Positions 1-14,330 of a stretch of 64,000 nucleotides of DNA are shown here, one piece after another. Location of the stretch: contig NC_092674.1 in assembly GCF_964355755.1 (NCBI RefSeq), positions 15,376,001 to 15,440,000 of the forward strand, written 5' to 3'. The notes under the pieces are model-generated. The model was not told the origin of the DNA, did not search any database, and saw only the letters and a program-made list of their open reading frames with translations. This DNA comes from Antedon mediterranea. Its lineage: Eukaryota; Animalia; Echinodermata. Made by a program: the position numbers and the translations under genes. Within the stretch, counting starts at the first letter, position 1; each line of letters opens with the position of its first letter.

Positions 1-3000
1 TTTTTCACCTTTTTTGTACACTTTTAAGGTCTGATATTTAAAAAAAACAAGTGTAAGTTAATTAAATTATAATATTAAACCAATTAAATTTAATGTTTGT
101 CTTTAGTGTAAGCCTAGATTAAGATATCAACGAAAGCATGTCCCAGGCTGGGTTTAAGCATCAAAACCCGTAACTTTTTCAATTTTCACGCGGTCCCGGC
201 TGCGCGTGGCCGGCCTTAGTTTTGCAACACTTCACGTCCGCGTGTCCCAGCAACCCTATGACCGATCGCGTAAAAATGTGTAAATATTAGCGGTCCGACT
301 CGATCATCGTCATCGCTATTTTATTTTCAACTTTAACGATTTTAAACTCAACGCAACTCAACGTATTTCAACGTCGACAGGAAAACAGGCTTTAGGGGTT
401 TATTTATATATATTTTTAATTTATGTTTATTATTAATATTAATATTTTAATAGAAAACGCGAGTTAAAAATAAGGCACAAAAGCCGGCTAAAAATAACTT
501 GGGAAAATACCTACACATTTTCAAATCCTAATCGCACATTATAGGTCCATAATAGGTGGTGGAGTAATTTTTGTTGCATGTTATCAGGCTTTAAAATACT
601 CTTTATTTTGATATGTAAATCGGTAAATCAATTATGCACATCCGCCTCAAATGTCAAATTGTTAGTGTCATTATCAAAATCTGGCTAATTTAATATTGAA
701 TTGATGCTAATTGATATTTCTCTTTGATAAACCACATTGTTTTATTTGACTTTGCGTGGACCTCGTGCGAAGAGGCCAACAAGACCAACCACTCAAAAAA
801 AAAAACCCTCCTGCAGAAAATATCAGTGTTTACCATTATCCTTACAGGGGGATTCACTTCTCCGCTTATTACTAAATTACAATCACCCAGGCAATGTTCC
901 ATTTTCGGAACTACTGTAGTCTTCTCCACACACGAGGCATGTCGAAAAATGTCGCTTTTCATGAAATATTTGCTTTGAAATGTCAATTTTACCGATTGGA
1001 GTTAGGAAGTACCGAAGAAATTTATCCTGCCACTTATATTGAATGATAACGTGTTCAAAATAAAGTTACATGAAATTGAAATTTGTTCAAATATTCCAAA
1101 ATTATCTTTAGATCGAATACATCTCGGAGTCATCAATATTAAATGAAGATTGAGTTGAGCGTTTATTTTTGCGGCCTAATACTTAACCTTTGCCCTAGGC
1201 TAAAAAGAATTGAGGAAAAATGTTCACCAAATTTACAGGTTATTTGAGCCTACGCTTTTTTTTACTACGTCTGAAAATGATCTTATTTTATATTCTTAAA
1301 GTTAGGATTAAAAATTTCAAAAAAATATTTTATATTTGTTTTTGCCAAATTGCAAATAATTAAGCAAATTTAAAAAAACATGAAAATGGCTAAATATTTC
1401 AGTATACATCAAATAAAATGTGTAGGTTTTTAAAATTTTTTATTCATTCAAAATTTGTGATTAAAATACAAATGAAACATGACCGCATGCAAAAGGCCTA
1501 TCTACTGCAGCCTCACCGGCCTGAAGCGATACCTGTCGCCACAGCTAAGTCATGTTTGATTTAGCTGCATTTTATTATGTCACATGTACAGTACTGTAAA
1601 GTGCATTAAATTAGCAAACATAAAAATACACAAACAAGAAGGGTGATTAATTAAGAGATAGCTAGGAGGCTTATACGAGTAATAAACATTCCAAATTAAC
1701 TGAATTTCATTATTTTTTTAAAGAAAACTATTCTGGTAAATGGTAAACAAAGGTGGTCAACAGATGGCGCCATTTACCTGACAGTTTATTTGAATGAAAT
1801 GAAATAATCAACAGAGAGCCAACCTACTCATTTACAAACCTTCTATTTTGGGAATGGTTCTAAATGGTCATTGGTACATTGTTTTTACCTTATGGTTTTG
1901 TGGAGTTGCAACACTACAGTACCAATTAATCGATGTTCATTATTCCGTGATGTTTGTGTGGGTAAAAAATATGGGATAGCTGGAGATAGAGTTGAATATT
2001 GTTTGTCAAAAAGTTAATTTGTTATTATTCTATTTGGTCCAATTTTTGACAACTTAATTAAAATAGGGTATACTGTACATTTTTGGGGAAATGTTACTTG
2101 GCCAAATAGCAGACTGTTGGCAGCCTTTGTATTTAAAGAGACACTAAGACGATTCTTGCAGGAACCAGATTCCAGAAAGAAAAATGAAAATGAGAGACGT
2201 CCAAAATTGGTTAAAACATTAATTCTGATTTCCGATCAATTATCCAGGCTGTACTGTAAATGCTGAGTGCATGTTGTATTCCTCATGTCTCACATTATGG
2301 TGACTAGTGACAGCGTCCGGAATTCTTACAGTCATGTTTTTATATTTTAATCACAAAGACAACATACACATGTAAAGTAAGACATACAGTATTTACAATC
2401 TCACAATCACGCCTCTGAATGGAAATCTTGTTTTAATTCACAAAATGTGACGTGAAAAAAACGATAGGCAAGTAACGCAATATCTCTACATTGCTATCGC
2501 TTACTTATACTTCGCTGTATAAATCTCACTTGTGTATAAGACGCTTCACAAACTGGGAGTAAAATATCGGTATTTTTTATATCGCCAATGTATAAGACGC
2601 ACTTTGTACTTCATCAAAACAATGTTGTTTTATTTTTATTTTGAGAGGGCACACATCTTCACAGACAATCATATTCGATTAGCATGTATAGGTCAATGTT
2701 ACTATATAATCAACTGGAGTATATACTACTCGAATACTGTACATCACATGGTCGCCAGGCACGCGTTAGCTGTGGTGTACCCACCACCACACGATGGCCG
2801 GCTATCTGGCGTACAACTATAATACTATTCTAATCGTAATGTTTACAAAGAAATAATATCAGTCAGTGACGTCAATAATCAGTTTATCAGATTTTAAGGG
2901 TGCACAAAACGTAAAGAACAAAACTTCTCGTCATATTTAGTATAATATCATGCTGCCTTGAAAACTAGACAGAAGCTGGTTGTCGTTTAAAGTAAGTAGG

Positions 3001-4384
3001 TAGACTCTATCTAACTAGGCCTTACCATAAAGCCTTAGGCTATGAAATGTCGATGTACAATTGTGCGGTGAGGCATTTGTGTTCGGAAGACGCCCCCTTA
3101 ATTTAGAGGTCAAATTTGAATGTAAAAAGTGCGACTTATTATACACCGAAATATAAGGGATAGGCTGGCGATATATTTTTTTTTTACTACTCCAATCGCC
3201 ATTTGCAAAACTAAACGCAAATGGTTAGCGTGAGCATAGCCACCGATGGACTTCAACGAACTAATGTAGGCCAACTTATAAAACTAATATAGCAAATGTC
3301 CAGTCGATCCAAAAAAAATGCCGACAAAAAAGATTGTAAAAACTTAAATTTCATTCAAAATATAGTATAAGAATGGTCAAAAGGACTGCAACAGAAAACC
3401 GTAATTAATATTAAGACCTAGCTTTTTGGTAACATACTGTAGCATGAAATGCGATACTATGTTGTCGACTGCAATGTCTGATGTTTTTTTAAACTCAGTA
3501 CAACCGCCTGATTCTATACACTGTATCAGCGCGCGTGTGAGGGGGCTGGACTTTGAGTCACATAAAATGAAATGTAATTATGTGCACGATTTACTTGAAA
3601 TCAATGCTTTTTGCAATTTGGGAGGATACTTTGTAATTTTCTAAATATTCATTTACAACAGCTAATGTAGAAAATGCCAGCTAATGGCGAAACAACCGCT
3701 AAGGTTAGCTTCCAATTCCAGCTAATGTAGAATGGTCAACAGGTAGTGTAGAAACGAAAATTGCCTCCCAGCTAATGTAGTTACTATTGCCAGCTAATGT
3801 AGAAAATATTATATTTTTTACCAACCTATGTTTAAATCATATGCAAATGCATCTCTTGACTTAGCTATCAGTCTATCCACCTCTGGTAAACGACCAACTT
3901 TGTAAAACGACCACATATCATATTACAGTAGCAACCATCTCTCTTAAAGGACCGCTTCAAATAATCGACCACCTCTCGTTAGCGACCACCTCTCTTAAGG
4001 GACTGCTTCTTATAATCGAACACCCCCGCAACAAAATTCTCTTGTAAGTAACCACCCCTATTCAACAACCACCTCTTTTAAAGGACCACCCTCGTAAGCA
4101 ACCACTTCTCTTACGATCGTCGCATAGTTAATACATTGTGGGCTACAATCAATACTTCCTACTAGGCTACATTCAGAAAAATGACCTACAATCTACCTAT
4201 TCGTAAGCTAGGTTACTCGTAGTAGGAAGCAGTAATTTCTTTCTATACCCTTCATTTTTTTACTTACCATGTTGATATCTTCATTTAATTTTGCTTACAC
4301 TACAAAGAGGCATCATCCACCATCGTCATAAACATAAGACATGCATGTAATAGTAACAACAAATTATAAAACAGAAACACTTAC

Positions 4385-4443
4385 CACTGATATGCAGCGA
4401 AGTGAAAATACACCATGCCAAGTCCATACAAAAACGCAGCATC
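4385..4443 (-). CDS. KDM6A: KDM6A/UTX coding exon 5 ([20 protein letters not shown]), TPR region; gene continues off the left edge
   Basis: tttttag| acceptor and |gtaagt donor, 59 nt, phase 0 to 2. Peptide closely matches vertebrate UTX [20 protein letters not shown]. Confidence 0.93.
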
Positions 4444-4930
4444 CTAAAAAAACCCATAAATAATTGTCTGTAACTTTGAAATATAATATTCAATCAGAAA
4501 AGAAGAATACTCACTCATCACACCCAAATATTAATATGAACAAATTAGATGCCTTAATTAGACAACTATAAATCAACAATTTATCTGCTATTTAAAAATA
4601 CATATAAAATTGTACATGATTTACGTATGAAATGTACAGTAGGCTCTGTTATTGGAAATCATATGGTATGTTTTTACTCATTGTAAGCTCAATAAATAAA
4701 TCAATATAAATACTGATGTGATGTTTCAATCGGGGACTGTTTTAATCGCAGCTAGTTATCTTGATATAAATTTACGTAAGGGCAAAGTTGGTTAAATCGC
4801 GTTACTTCTAGAATATTTACTCGATTGTACATAAAGTTGGTTGGTACTTTCGGTACAGATTTTAACCACCTGATGTAACCCTGTTTACTAATCAATAATC
4901 CCTTACAATAACTATAAAGGGATGGTGCCA

Positions 4931-5645
4931 GTTTAGCTTAGCTTAGATTAATGTCATCCCACGACGACTTAATTCTTAGTGGGTGCCATGATAATTTGTC
5001 TCCACACATCTCTATCAAGCATGCTCTTCCTCAGTTCACTCAGGTCTAGTTTGGTATCTTTCAACAGAACGTCGAGCCAAGTCAGTTGAGGTCTTCCCAC
5101 TTTCCTTTTCTCTTCTGGTTCCCAAAGGAGAACTCTTGAGGCTGGCTCAGAGCTTCTCATACATGACCGGCCATATCCATGCGAAGTCTTTGAATGATGG
5201 TCGTAGGACGGGGAAGGTTGCCATATAGTGTCTTGTTGGTGGCGTGTGAGGACCATGGGATGTTTTGGACTTTCCTCAGCATGCGGGTGTATGCTCCATC
5301 CAATGATTTTGAGAGCGATGAAGTAAGACTCCATGTGTCACTTGGCCGTAAAGAAGAATGGCTTCAACTGTTGACTTAAAGAGGCGGAGTTTTGTGGACT
5401 TGTTGATACGAGATGCCCATATTTTTGAAAGACTGTTCAGCGCACCCCATGCTTGACCAAGTCATGCTTCGACATCATGGTTAGTGGAAGAACAGTAGCT
5501 TCCGAGGTACTTGAAATCCTCTACTTGTTCTATTGCTGATCCATCCAGTGTGAGAATTATAGAAGGTGATGAGGGGTTGAAATGTATGAATTGGGTGTTC
5601 TTGATGTTTAAGTATAAACCTATAGCTTGTGTGGCTTGTTGAATT
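4931..5645 (-). mobile_element. Degenerate 5'-truncated RTE-clade LINE (RT C-terminal part and 3' tail)
   Basis: Minus-strand peptides GLYLNIKNTQ..IEQVEDFKYLGS, KLRLFKSTVEAILLYG and KRKVGRPQLTWLD..DRDVWR, broken by stops and frameshifts. Short (CTAAG)n-like tail near 4931-4950. Confidence 0.85.
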
Positions 5646-6614
5646 CTGTGGGAGGGGGGGGGGGGGTTTCCCTTCTCCCACTCGGCAAAAAATGTATACT
5701 GTATCTCTTCCCCTAAATCCCCCACACCCACCTTCACACCCAATATTTTCCGTGGGGATCGTATTATTCTACAGTGAAAAAATTCAAGCCAATTTTTTTT
5801 TATGGCCTGGGTGGATTGGGTTTCAGGACCGTTTTAGGAGCCTGGAGAATCCTGGCCAACTAGGCCTTCTTTAGACTAGCTTTTCTAGCCTAGCTTGTTG
5901 GCCTAGAAATCAGGCAGAAAACTTTCAAAGTATTTACCTGAAAATTCATAAATTATACAATTCTAACATGCAATATCCATTAAAATATTTGATTGTGTTT
6001 ACATGTGTCACACATGCAAGTACAATAGGGGGAGAACTGAGAGAGCTTCTAGAAGATGTTGACGTCACACACATCAGCACGTGTTTTGAGGAGGATTTGA
6101 GTGACCAAATTAGTTAGAACTTTCGAAGAAATAATCCATCTTCAAAATGACATAATTAAAGCAACTAAGCTTTTTAAATAATAAACATTATATTTAGGCT
6201 TCCTATATTAATGTTTCCTTTTAAAATAAAATAAAATATATTTTATAAACTCGTTCCATAAAAACATGTAGTAAGCATAAAAGGAACAATTAATGGTTGG
6301 GACATGTGCTTTCTGTAAAGGAGGTGTTTCTATGACACCGTACTGGATGCACTATGAGGCGATGAAGTAAACTTGCCCTTTGAATAATGCAGGCAGGGAA
6401 TTCCCTTTGTTGGTACCTCGCACTGCGAGATGGAGCGCGATTAATTGCTCTCCTTGAGGGTTGTTGAGTTGTGGAGCGCGATCGCGCTCCTGAAAAACGA
6501 GGGACTGCCATTAGGCTTGTAGCTTTATAACTTACTGTAGCTTATATATTATTATTAGCCTAGGCCTAGATTGGTTATAAATGGTAGGTGGATGCAGTTT
6601 TTGGAAGTTGGAAG

Positions 6615-6708
6615 TTGCCCTGCGGGGCGACCATCACAAAATTAATACTCACCCTTACCAAATAAAGGTCGCCATTGGCGACCGGGCGACCGTTAATTTT
6701 CAGCCCTG
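6615..6708. mobile_element. hAT-like transposon terminus (CAGGGCTG end with GGCGACC subterminal repeats)
   Basis: Ends ...ggtcgccattggcgaccgggcgaccgttaattttcagccctg. The matching other end was not located. Confidence 0.4.
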
Positions 6709-7369
6709 AAGTGTACGTGTGTACACAATTCATTTGGGGGAATTCCCACAGACACTTGATCTACTCACATAATACTACGCATGCATATTGTAAATTACAC
6801 CATGCAACCGCCATGTGTACAGTAGGTTTTATCTGTACTGTACAATTTGGTCCTCCGCCAGTCAAAATTAACACATTCATTTTCACATCTTGTTAGTTCA
6901 CTAAGAACATTGTTACGAACTCCCTACGAAGTACGAACGTAGCTCAATTAAGTTTATTGTGGTTACAATTGCCAAAGAATAAAAAAAAAACCAAAACCAT
7001 TGAAATAAAAAAGTGTAAATGAATAAACATACACAAACAAAACGATTCCAAATGGTTTGATTGTTGAACATAAAAACAACTTTCCGTTTTTCGTTCGATT
7101 TATGTTCACTTTTTTAAGTTATCTATAATAATACACCACGAAAAACACCCAAAATAATATAGTTTGGCATTTTTTTTATACTTTCGTTAGTGTTTGCGTG
7201 CATCATCTAATTCACACAGCACAATTTTTCTTTAGCATCTTTTATTTTCATAAAAAAGTTTGAACAGTCAAAAAGTATAATCTAAAGATCCATTTTCAGT
7301 AATTGCTTTCATTTTTTAGCTTAGAAAGAAAAGAGTGCAACCTTATCTACAAAGTAGCTGCGTAGATGG

Positions 7370-8010
7370 CGTCGTACTGTAGGTTACATTGTTTGGCTTA
7401 GTAACCTCAATAAACAACTTTAAACGAAATGGATGCCAACTCAGAATTGAATTCAAATAAGCTGCGGGATATATTGGAAGAGAAAACAGGCTGTACATTT
7501 TCCGACAGATCAGTAAGACGACGAAGGAGACTGGGATGGGTTTGCGAAGGTGCAAGATATTATAGTATAAAAAATGCCAAACAGTTCAAACGCGTTATCT
7601 TTACAGATGTATGTACAATTGAACTTGATAATTACGCTAGAATTACATTTTGGAAGCTGCATGAACAACCGCAATTGAAACCTAGGGCCAAACATCCAAC
7701 AAAAGTACATGTACAGTATGGGCAGGAATTTCTACAGAGGGAGCGACGACAATCATCATATAAGACGGGATAATGAGAAAAGAATTTTACGTGGACACGA
7801 TTTTAGATTATTACATCCATATGTTTCAGCTAACAGCTTCACAGATAACAAATTCCGTTTCATGCAGGACAACGATCCCAGATATGTTTGCGTTATGCTG
7901 CCGATTATTTCAAGAGAAAACATATATTGGTGGAAAACCCCTACGGAGTTACCAGACCTTAATCCCATCGAGCTTGTGTGGCATCATTTTTTACGAAAGG
8001 TAATTCAATT
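7370..8010 (+). mobile_element. Tc1/mariner transposase pseudogene
   Basis: Frameshifted pieces SDRSVRRRRRLGW, VIFTD, KHPTKVHV, FMQDNDP and WWKTPTELPDLNPIELVW, typical of Tc1-type DD34E transposases. Confidence 0.88.
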
Positions 8011-8289
8011 CAACGAATCACCCCATTCGTAATTCATTCGCCTAGTGTGTTTATATCCACGTGTGTATGATCCGCGGATGGATACTCACACTGAACTGTA
8101 CTTTTTTATGTTTTGTAGTGAAGTTGAACTTTTAAATAAAGTCTGGCATATTTCCTTACCCTACGGCACATAACATTGGTTAGCTGGATTATCTGGTGGC
8201 CAGTTAAGATTGCCTGTGCGTATTGATTTTTTCATGAACTTAACATGTACATCACTGTTTTCATCTGAACGTTCATCTATAGTTCCAAT

Positions 8290-10437
8290 GTACCACTCCT
8301 TTCATACATACAAGCAATATATTTACCAGGTTGATAGTCATCATTCGGAATTGAAATGTTTTCTTCTTCACTACCTAACTAAACACACAGTGCTGTAAAA
8401 AAAAAGTCATCTTCAGACAATCTGCGCATTTCAAGCTTTCCTGCAGATATACCGGAATAAAGCTATGATGGGAGAGCGAGTACCCATAATAGTTTTTGAT
8501 GATAAATAGCGTTCCTCTAGTTTGTAAGCTTCTGTATTTTTCTGTACATCCTTATCACTTACAAAGAAGAATTTGATGCCAGCAATATTTTTTAGAGACC
8601 CAGTCAAAAGAGCCGTGAGGATTTGGTTTCCTTCTGTTGCCTGTAAACTTGCTCGTGCAACAAGCCTCTTCACTGTACCGCAGATACCATCACATGGGCT
8701 TTTTCCATGACTAGTGGCAAAAAAATGCCACTGGGCATTAATGCATGATCAGATTGGTGATGACATAGGTTTGTGAGGTTTTTGTAATTTTTATACTGGC
8801 TTGCTGCACCATCACTATAGTAAATTAATTTAGTTGTATGTGGTAAGATTTCTTTTAAATAAGATGCCAACACATTTAATAAATGCATGAACTGTTGATG
8901 TTGCATGTTTAAGGCAGTCCGAAATAACACAGACACTAATGCACTTGAGATCTTCATTCTCCTTATAGTATATAGCAAATGGGTGGAGTGTCGCCTGGCT
9001 ATTGTCCCAATAGAATAGTTTTCTGCAAAGTCTAACCAGTAACAGTACGATGGCTTCATCTCCTGCTGCTAACTGCTCTAAGGTTTCGCAAGTAGGAGGC
9101 AGCCTGGGCTTTTGTTACAAAATAGTGTTGACAAAGTTTATCTAAAGCATCGCATAGTTCTTGAATTGACAGTTGTAAGTTGTGTTCTGTCTGTGTGCAT
9201 CCATTGCTTATAATTAACAGAATCCTCCATGTCAACTTCGTAGTCTGAGCACACTTGCGACATCGACAAATAGCTCATGAGGGCTGCTTTACCAGGACAG
9301 TTGGTACAAGACCGCAACATGCAGTCCCGATTACTTATGTCGCATACCATTCTTGCGAGCAGGTCTTTGTATTCTTGTTTATTAGGAAGAGCTGCAATAA
9401 GAAGCTTCACATTTTGATGTTTTTGGCAGACATGGGTATGTCCATGGTTGAAGGATACCACCCAGTGACATGTAGTTAGTGGTTTCAATAAACAAAGAAA
9501 TCCTATAAATTTCATTTTCGATCATTTTTAGGCTCCAGTATCAATAGGAATAAAACAAGAAATGATAAATCTATTTAAATTTTTGGAATCAGCACAAAAA
9601 GTTAGCTAAGACTGATTAATTTCAAAATGTAAATAGTTCTAATTATCAGTTTAGAGAACTCTAAAAGTACGAAAAATGGCTATAGTATAAAAAAAGTATA
9701 TAAAAATGAAAAAGTAGCACTATTTATAAAATTTAGATAACCATGAAGCAGTGGAGTTGCAAATTTCAAATTTGAATCAGATATAGATCTGGTATGTATT
9801 TAATAATTAACGCAATTTTGAAGTTTGTTAAGATCCATCTACGGGGTCAAAGGTCAACGAGAAAATGGGCTATTTTCATGGTTTTTTCCCCCGGACCATA
9901 CTTTGGGTACTAGTTATTTTGTTATTTCAGCTTTAAAATACTATATTATTGTTTTAAAGTAAATGTATGTACTTATATAATAACAGAATTAAAAAGTTTG
10001 AAAACACTATGAATGCTATTGTGGGTATACAGGGCTGCCGAAAATCGAAAAAAGCTAATTTTGCTTAACGAAAATGGGTTTTCGGACTGCTGTATCTTCC
10101 AAAGTAGTAGAGATAACTTTTTTTTGACACCAGATTCTGTTTATTGAGTGGGAATTATCCATAGGTAGAAATTTTCAGCTTAATATATTTGTCCGTTGCG
10201 GAAATATAAGCCTCCAAAAACACAAAATATTAAACTCCGCAATTTTGGAACGAAAAATGGGGCGAGACGCCCACATTTAAAACGGCCATATTTCCGAAAC
10301 CACTTGGAATTGAGGGCTAATTTTTTGCATATGTTCATTATATAGATAGAGGTACCTTAGGAAAAAAAATCAGTAAAATCTAAGAGGTGACCTGCCCAAA
10401 TTTTGTTCAGATTTGTTGATTTGGCATGGAATGACCC
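8290..10437 (-). mobile_element. Sola2-like DNA transposon remnant with degenerate transposase and one terminus
   Basis: Minus-strand motifs LDFAENYS, YYSDGAASQYKNYKN, HFFATSHGKSPCDG.CGTVKR and CMLRSCTNCPG. A terminus reading GGGTCATTCCATGCCAAATC lies at 10437. Superfamily assigned from remembered motifs. Confidence 0.75.
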
Positions 10438-11165
10438 TATATGGAACATACTGTATTAATTAATTATAAATTAACTTTTAATTTTAGGCCTTCTAATAAT
10501 GGAAGGTAGTCAGAACGGTCTGTCATCAATGAATTTTGTACACTACTGGCCGACGATAGTGAATCATGTACAGTCAGCAGTAGGCATACTGTAGTTAAAA
10601 AGAATTTTCGCAGTTTTTAATTGATATTTTCTTTAGAAAAATTTCAATTTCAAGTATGTTTAATGATGATGATATTATTGTATTAGCTAAACAATAGTAT
10701 CATTTCTATTTATTCGAACTTTTTGTACTCTGCTTAGCCGTCGATGATGTACTGTATGTGTACACAGTTGAGTTTGGAGATATCCCACACACAGTTGATC
10801 ACAACGTAGGCTACGAATGCTACGCGTAGGCTGCGAATACTGCGCGTAGCCTACGCATTTTGTAAATTACGCCATGCAACCGTCACGCGTAGACTACATT
10901 CCCTACGTGTGGCAAAATTTGCAGTAGTTTTTATCTGTACTGTATAAGTAGCAAACAATACACTGTTTGTATGCATTGTCCGTGCGATGACCTATGATCT
11001 ACCTATGCTACAAAAGGTTACTCGTAGATACGAAGCAGTAATTTCTTACTGTACTGTAACCGTAATCCAACACTACATGTTTATTGTGAACCGGCTAGGT
11101 ATGAACTTGTTAATTTTATCTATCAGATGACATTCTTTTGGCATTTAAAAAGACATGAACCATAC

Positions 11166-11215
11166 CTTCCAATAATCTTCCTGTATGGTGAAAAACTTCT
11201 GATAAGCTGACAATG
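11166..11215 (-). CDS. KDM6A: KDM6A/UTX coding exon 4 (ALSAYQKFFTIQEDYWK)
   Basis: catag| acceptor and |gtatg donor, 50 nt, phase 1 to 0. Matches UTX ALSAYQRYYSLQSDYWK. Confidence 0.93.
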
Positions 11216-11374
11216 CTATGGAAAAATATGTAAAATATTTTAGATCAATTAAATAAAAAAAACTTGTAAAATAGATAATAATTATTCCTACAAACCCTAA
11301 AAAGGCTAAGATTCTGCTCCGGAAAATAATAGGTTAAATCTAATCTAATACTTTCAATGAATCTTAGTACTTAC

Positions 11375-11486
11375 CTTTACTAAAATCATTCAGAAGCAAA
11401 TGAAAATGGCCCAATCGACAGTAGATAGATGGATCTACTCCTTCTGCATTCAAATTTTGTATCATCTGTTTATAATGTAAAACAGC
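11375..11486 (-). CDS. KDM6A: KDM6A/UTX coding exon 3 (AVLHYKQMIQNLNAEGVDPSIYCRLGHFHLLLNDFSK)
   Basis: Pyrimidine tract plus ag| acceptor and |gtaagt donor, 112 nt, phase 0 to 1. Matches UTX CQLGHFNLLLEDYPK. Confidence 0.93.
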
Positions 11487-11529
11487 CTAAAGAGAAAGAA
11501 AATACAAATTTAAAGATGTATTGTCTCCT

Positions 11530-11895
11530 TGATTTTTCTTTCTTCTTCACCCACTTTTCGATCGATCGTGAAGCCAAAACAAATGGAGACTCCTAACTTT
11601 TTAGCGGGTTTCCCACAATTTGTATCAACGGAGTCTGGCAAAAACATAAAGACAATAAATGCAGCAACTACACGTCAGGCTAGGCCTATAGAGTGTACGA
11701 TGTTTACCAGCTAGGCCTATATAAAACTGGGCCTAAAGACGGCCAACAAGCGGACATTCAATGCGAGCTACTTTGGTAGTGCATTCTTTCTCTCTTTTTA
11801 TCATAATCTACCATAAAGCGTATATTTAAGACAAGCAATGACCTGGTTTAATGTATGCATTACTTTTACAAAACGTCACAAGTTGTAAGGAATAT
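11530..11895 (+). mobile_element. Partial copy of the Kolobok-like MITE seen complete at 33917-34487
   Basis: Shares cacccacttttcgatc..gtatcaacggagtctggcaaaa..aatgcagcaacta..aatgacctggtttaa with the complete copy. Confidence 0.75.
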
Positions 11896-13524
11896 CCCTT
11901 GAATATTAACAAAATCTTCCAAATTAGATAAAAACAATTTTCAAACCCATCTTTATTGTCTGAATTCTGTTTTTTTAGAAGGTTATCTGTATTCACACAA
12001 TTAAATCCAATTAGTTGCAAGAATGCACAATGCACCTCTGGCATAGTTACCAACTTCAGAGATTTGAAATGCGTGACAGACTACACCATTTTATACACCA
12101 AATTATATTCTTAATCTTTTGTTTGTTAATCTGTTATCATTATTAATATGATTCAATGTTATTTTCATGCCGATTCTTAAATTTATTTTACAGTAGAACT
12201 AGAACCTTCATTTTATGTACGGTACGGGGCCAAAAGGCGTGCGTAAAACATAGGATTCGTAAAATCCAAGTTAACCTTAAATTTACCCCCAAATACATAG
12301 GTCGTAGCTAAAAAGGCTGCCATGTTTGCCTACTTTGTACAGCATACAGGTGGTCACTAGCTTAGCTTAGTAGGCCTTTCCTAGACTAATCTAGGCCAGG
12401 CTAGCAGGCCTAACTAGTAAAGTACAGTATACAGGCTGTGCAAGTTTAAATAAAGTAAAATAAATAAAATATTAGTGTTCTTGTATTTTCTATCAATAAA
12501 AACAGTCGCTGCTGTGGGGGGAATGCACATAAGTTCTTCATACAGCCATGGCTTTGTGCTTTGTTGTTGTTAAATTGCACCCTCAATGTAAGAACATGAT
12601 GACGTCATCGGTCATTTTAAGCGTACTGTGCGCAAAATCAAGGGAACGTAAAATTAGGTTCTATTGTATTTAAATTTCTTTTTTTAAAGGGTCAAATTGA
12701 ACTGATCCACCAACTAAAGACAAGCAATTCAGCACTGATCCACCAACTAAAGACAAGCAATTCAGCACAGCCCAGGGTTTCCCTTTTTACTGTAAAAACG
12801 CGCACACATGTCACAACATTGCATTTCTCTGTGTTGTGTCTGTCCACCTTATAATTTTACATTAGTAACGTGATTGTATCGGCTCATCCCTCATCACGGT
12901 GAGTGACCACATATAAATTAATTGTAATTTTTCAATGATATTACATATTTTGGTTGATATATTTATTAACTTAAAAAATAAATACTTGCATAACAGATTT
13001 TAATTAATTTGAATGCATTTTCCTCTCAAATAGTGATAAAAAATGATCACACATATATATACTTCTGCTAAATGCGAGACAAATACGTGGTCATGCATGT
13101 GTTTGTTCAAAATGTGTGTTTCATTAAAAATGCGGGACTGTGTCGCACAATGCGAGACAGTAACTATGCTCTGGTAAAAATGCCGATTGTGTGGGATATA
13201 TTGTGACAGTGATGAGTTTAAAATGCGTCAAATCCATTAAAACATCATTAACTTGGGGGTGGAACATTATATTAGTATAAATTATTAGTCCCAGTCCTGC
13301 ATGCACACAAAATAGAAACTTTAAAAAATTCAAACATATTCCATACTTTTGTGTCAGCTGCATAATAATAATATATTAATATTGATAAACTAAAAACGCT
13401 GCTGATTAGAATAGCAGTAGGCTAGACCAGAGTACCATTTAATTAATAAACATGTCACAATTATCAAATCATTTTTAGAATAAGAATTTAGAACATCAAT
13501 GAATGTCTCAATTATAGGCTAATA

Positions 13525-13740
13525 ATACCTAGCTAGGCTAGGCAAGCCACAAGTGGGCTAGCTAGAGTAGCCTAGGCCTGGTACCTGCATAGTAGTAGTA
13601 CGCTAGCCGTCTAGGCCTAGTAGTAGTAGGCTCCATCTAGTCTAGCCTACTAGGCCTAGCTAGGCTAGGCCTACTATTATTAGATTATAGGCTAGGCCTA
13701 TAGGCCTAGGTGGTAGGCTAGATAGCTACTAGGCCTACCT
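13525..13740. repeat. Low-complexity TAGGCCTA/CTAG-rich tract
   Basis: Dense imperfect repeats of taggcc/ctagg/tagtag. Confidence 0.7.
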
Positions 13741-14160
13741 AAGTTTTTAGTTCAATATAACAGTTAATCATGAATCAAAACATCTGAATTTAGTCTATGT
13801 TTACAGAAAGGGATACCAAGAATCATGAACAGGTAAAACCAAATATTTTTTATACAATATTGGCTTCCAAACTAACAAAGAACTTTAGAAAAGTACGTAT
13901 TTTTGGAACATAACCGCCATCTTGGAATATTCCATTCTTTAGCTTACCCTGACATATTGTAATTCACTTCATAATAGTGATCATTGCAAGTGTATTTACT
14001 ATAATTTTTATTCCCTGATATCTAAAAAAGTAACGATTTTATAAATAATGCACGTTTAAAGGAAATGTTTAATTTTCAGTTCCATTGTAAAACTTAAATT
14101 TCACCTACATTAAAGTGGACCCATCCTGGGAGCATCCCAAAATTAAACAAGTGACATTAC

Positions 14161-14227
14161 CTTCATAAGTAGAGCCTTAGTTTGAAGTCCTTTTTCCGAC
14201 TCAAAATCTACGAATCCAAATAATTGA
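14161..14227 (-). CDS. KDM6A: KDM6A/UTX coding exon 2 (SQLFGFVDFESEKGLQTKALLMK)
   Basis: tttttcttctag| acceptor and |gtaatg donor, 67 nt, phase 2 to 0. Matches UTX [22 protein letters not shown]. Confidence 0.92.
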
Positions 14228-14330
14228 CTAGAAGAAAAATATATAAAATATATTAAAATAAACGCACTTTTCAAAACATACCAACATTTAGTCAGAAACC
14301 ATTATAAAAATGATAAATTTATCAGCTTAC

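Noticed and set aside
880-965. Minus-strand CLVCGEDYSSS peptide resembling a transposase C-terminal PHD-like finger
   Set aside because: Too short and interrupted to support a call.
1-4260. Search for KDM6A exon 6 (AIKAFQ..LY..P.F)
   Set aside because: Not found by eye; it presumably lies left of the window.
12701-12768. 33-bp tandem duplication (a similar one lies near 58719-58790)
   Set aside because: Ordinary slippage duplications with no further structure.
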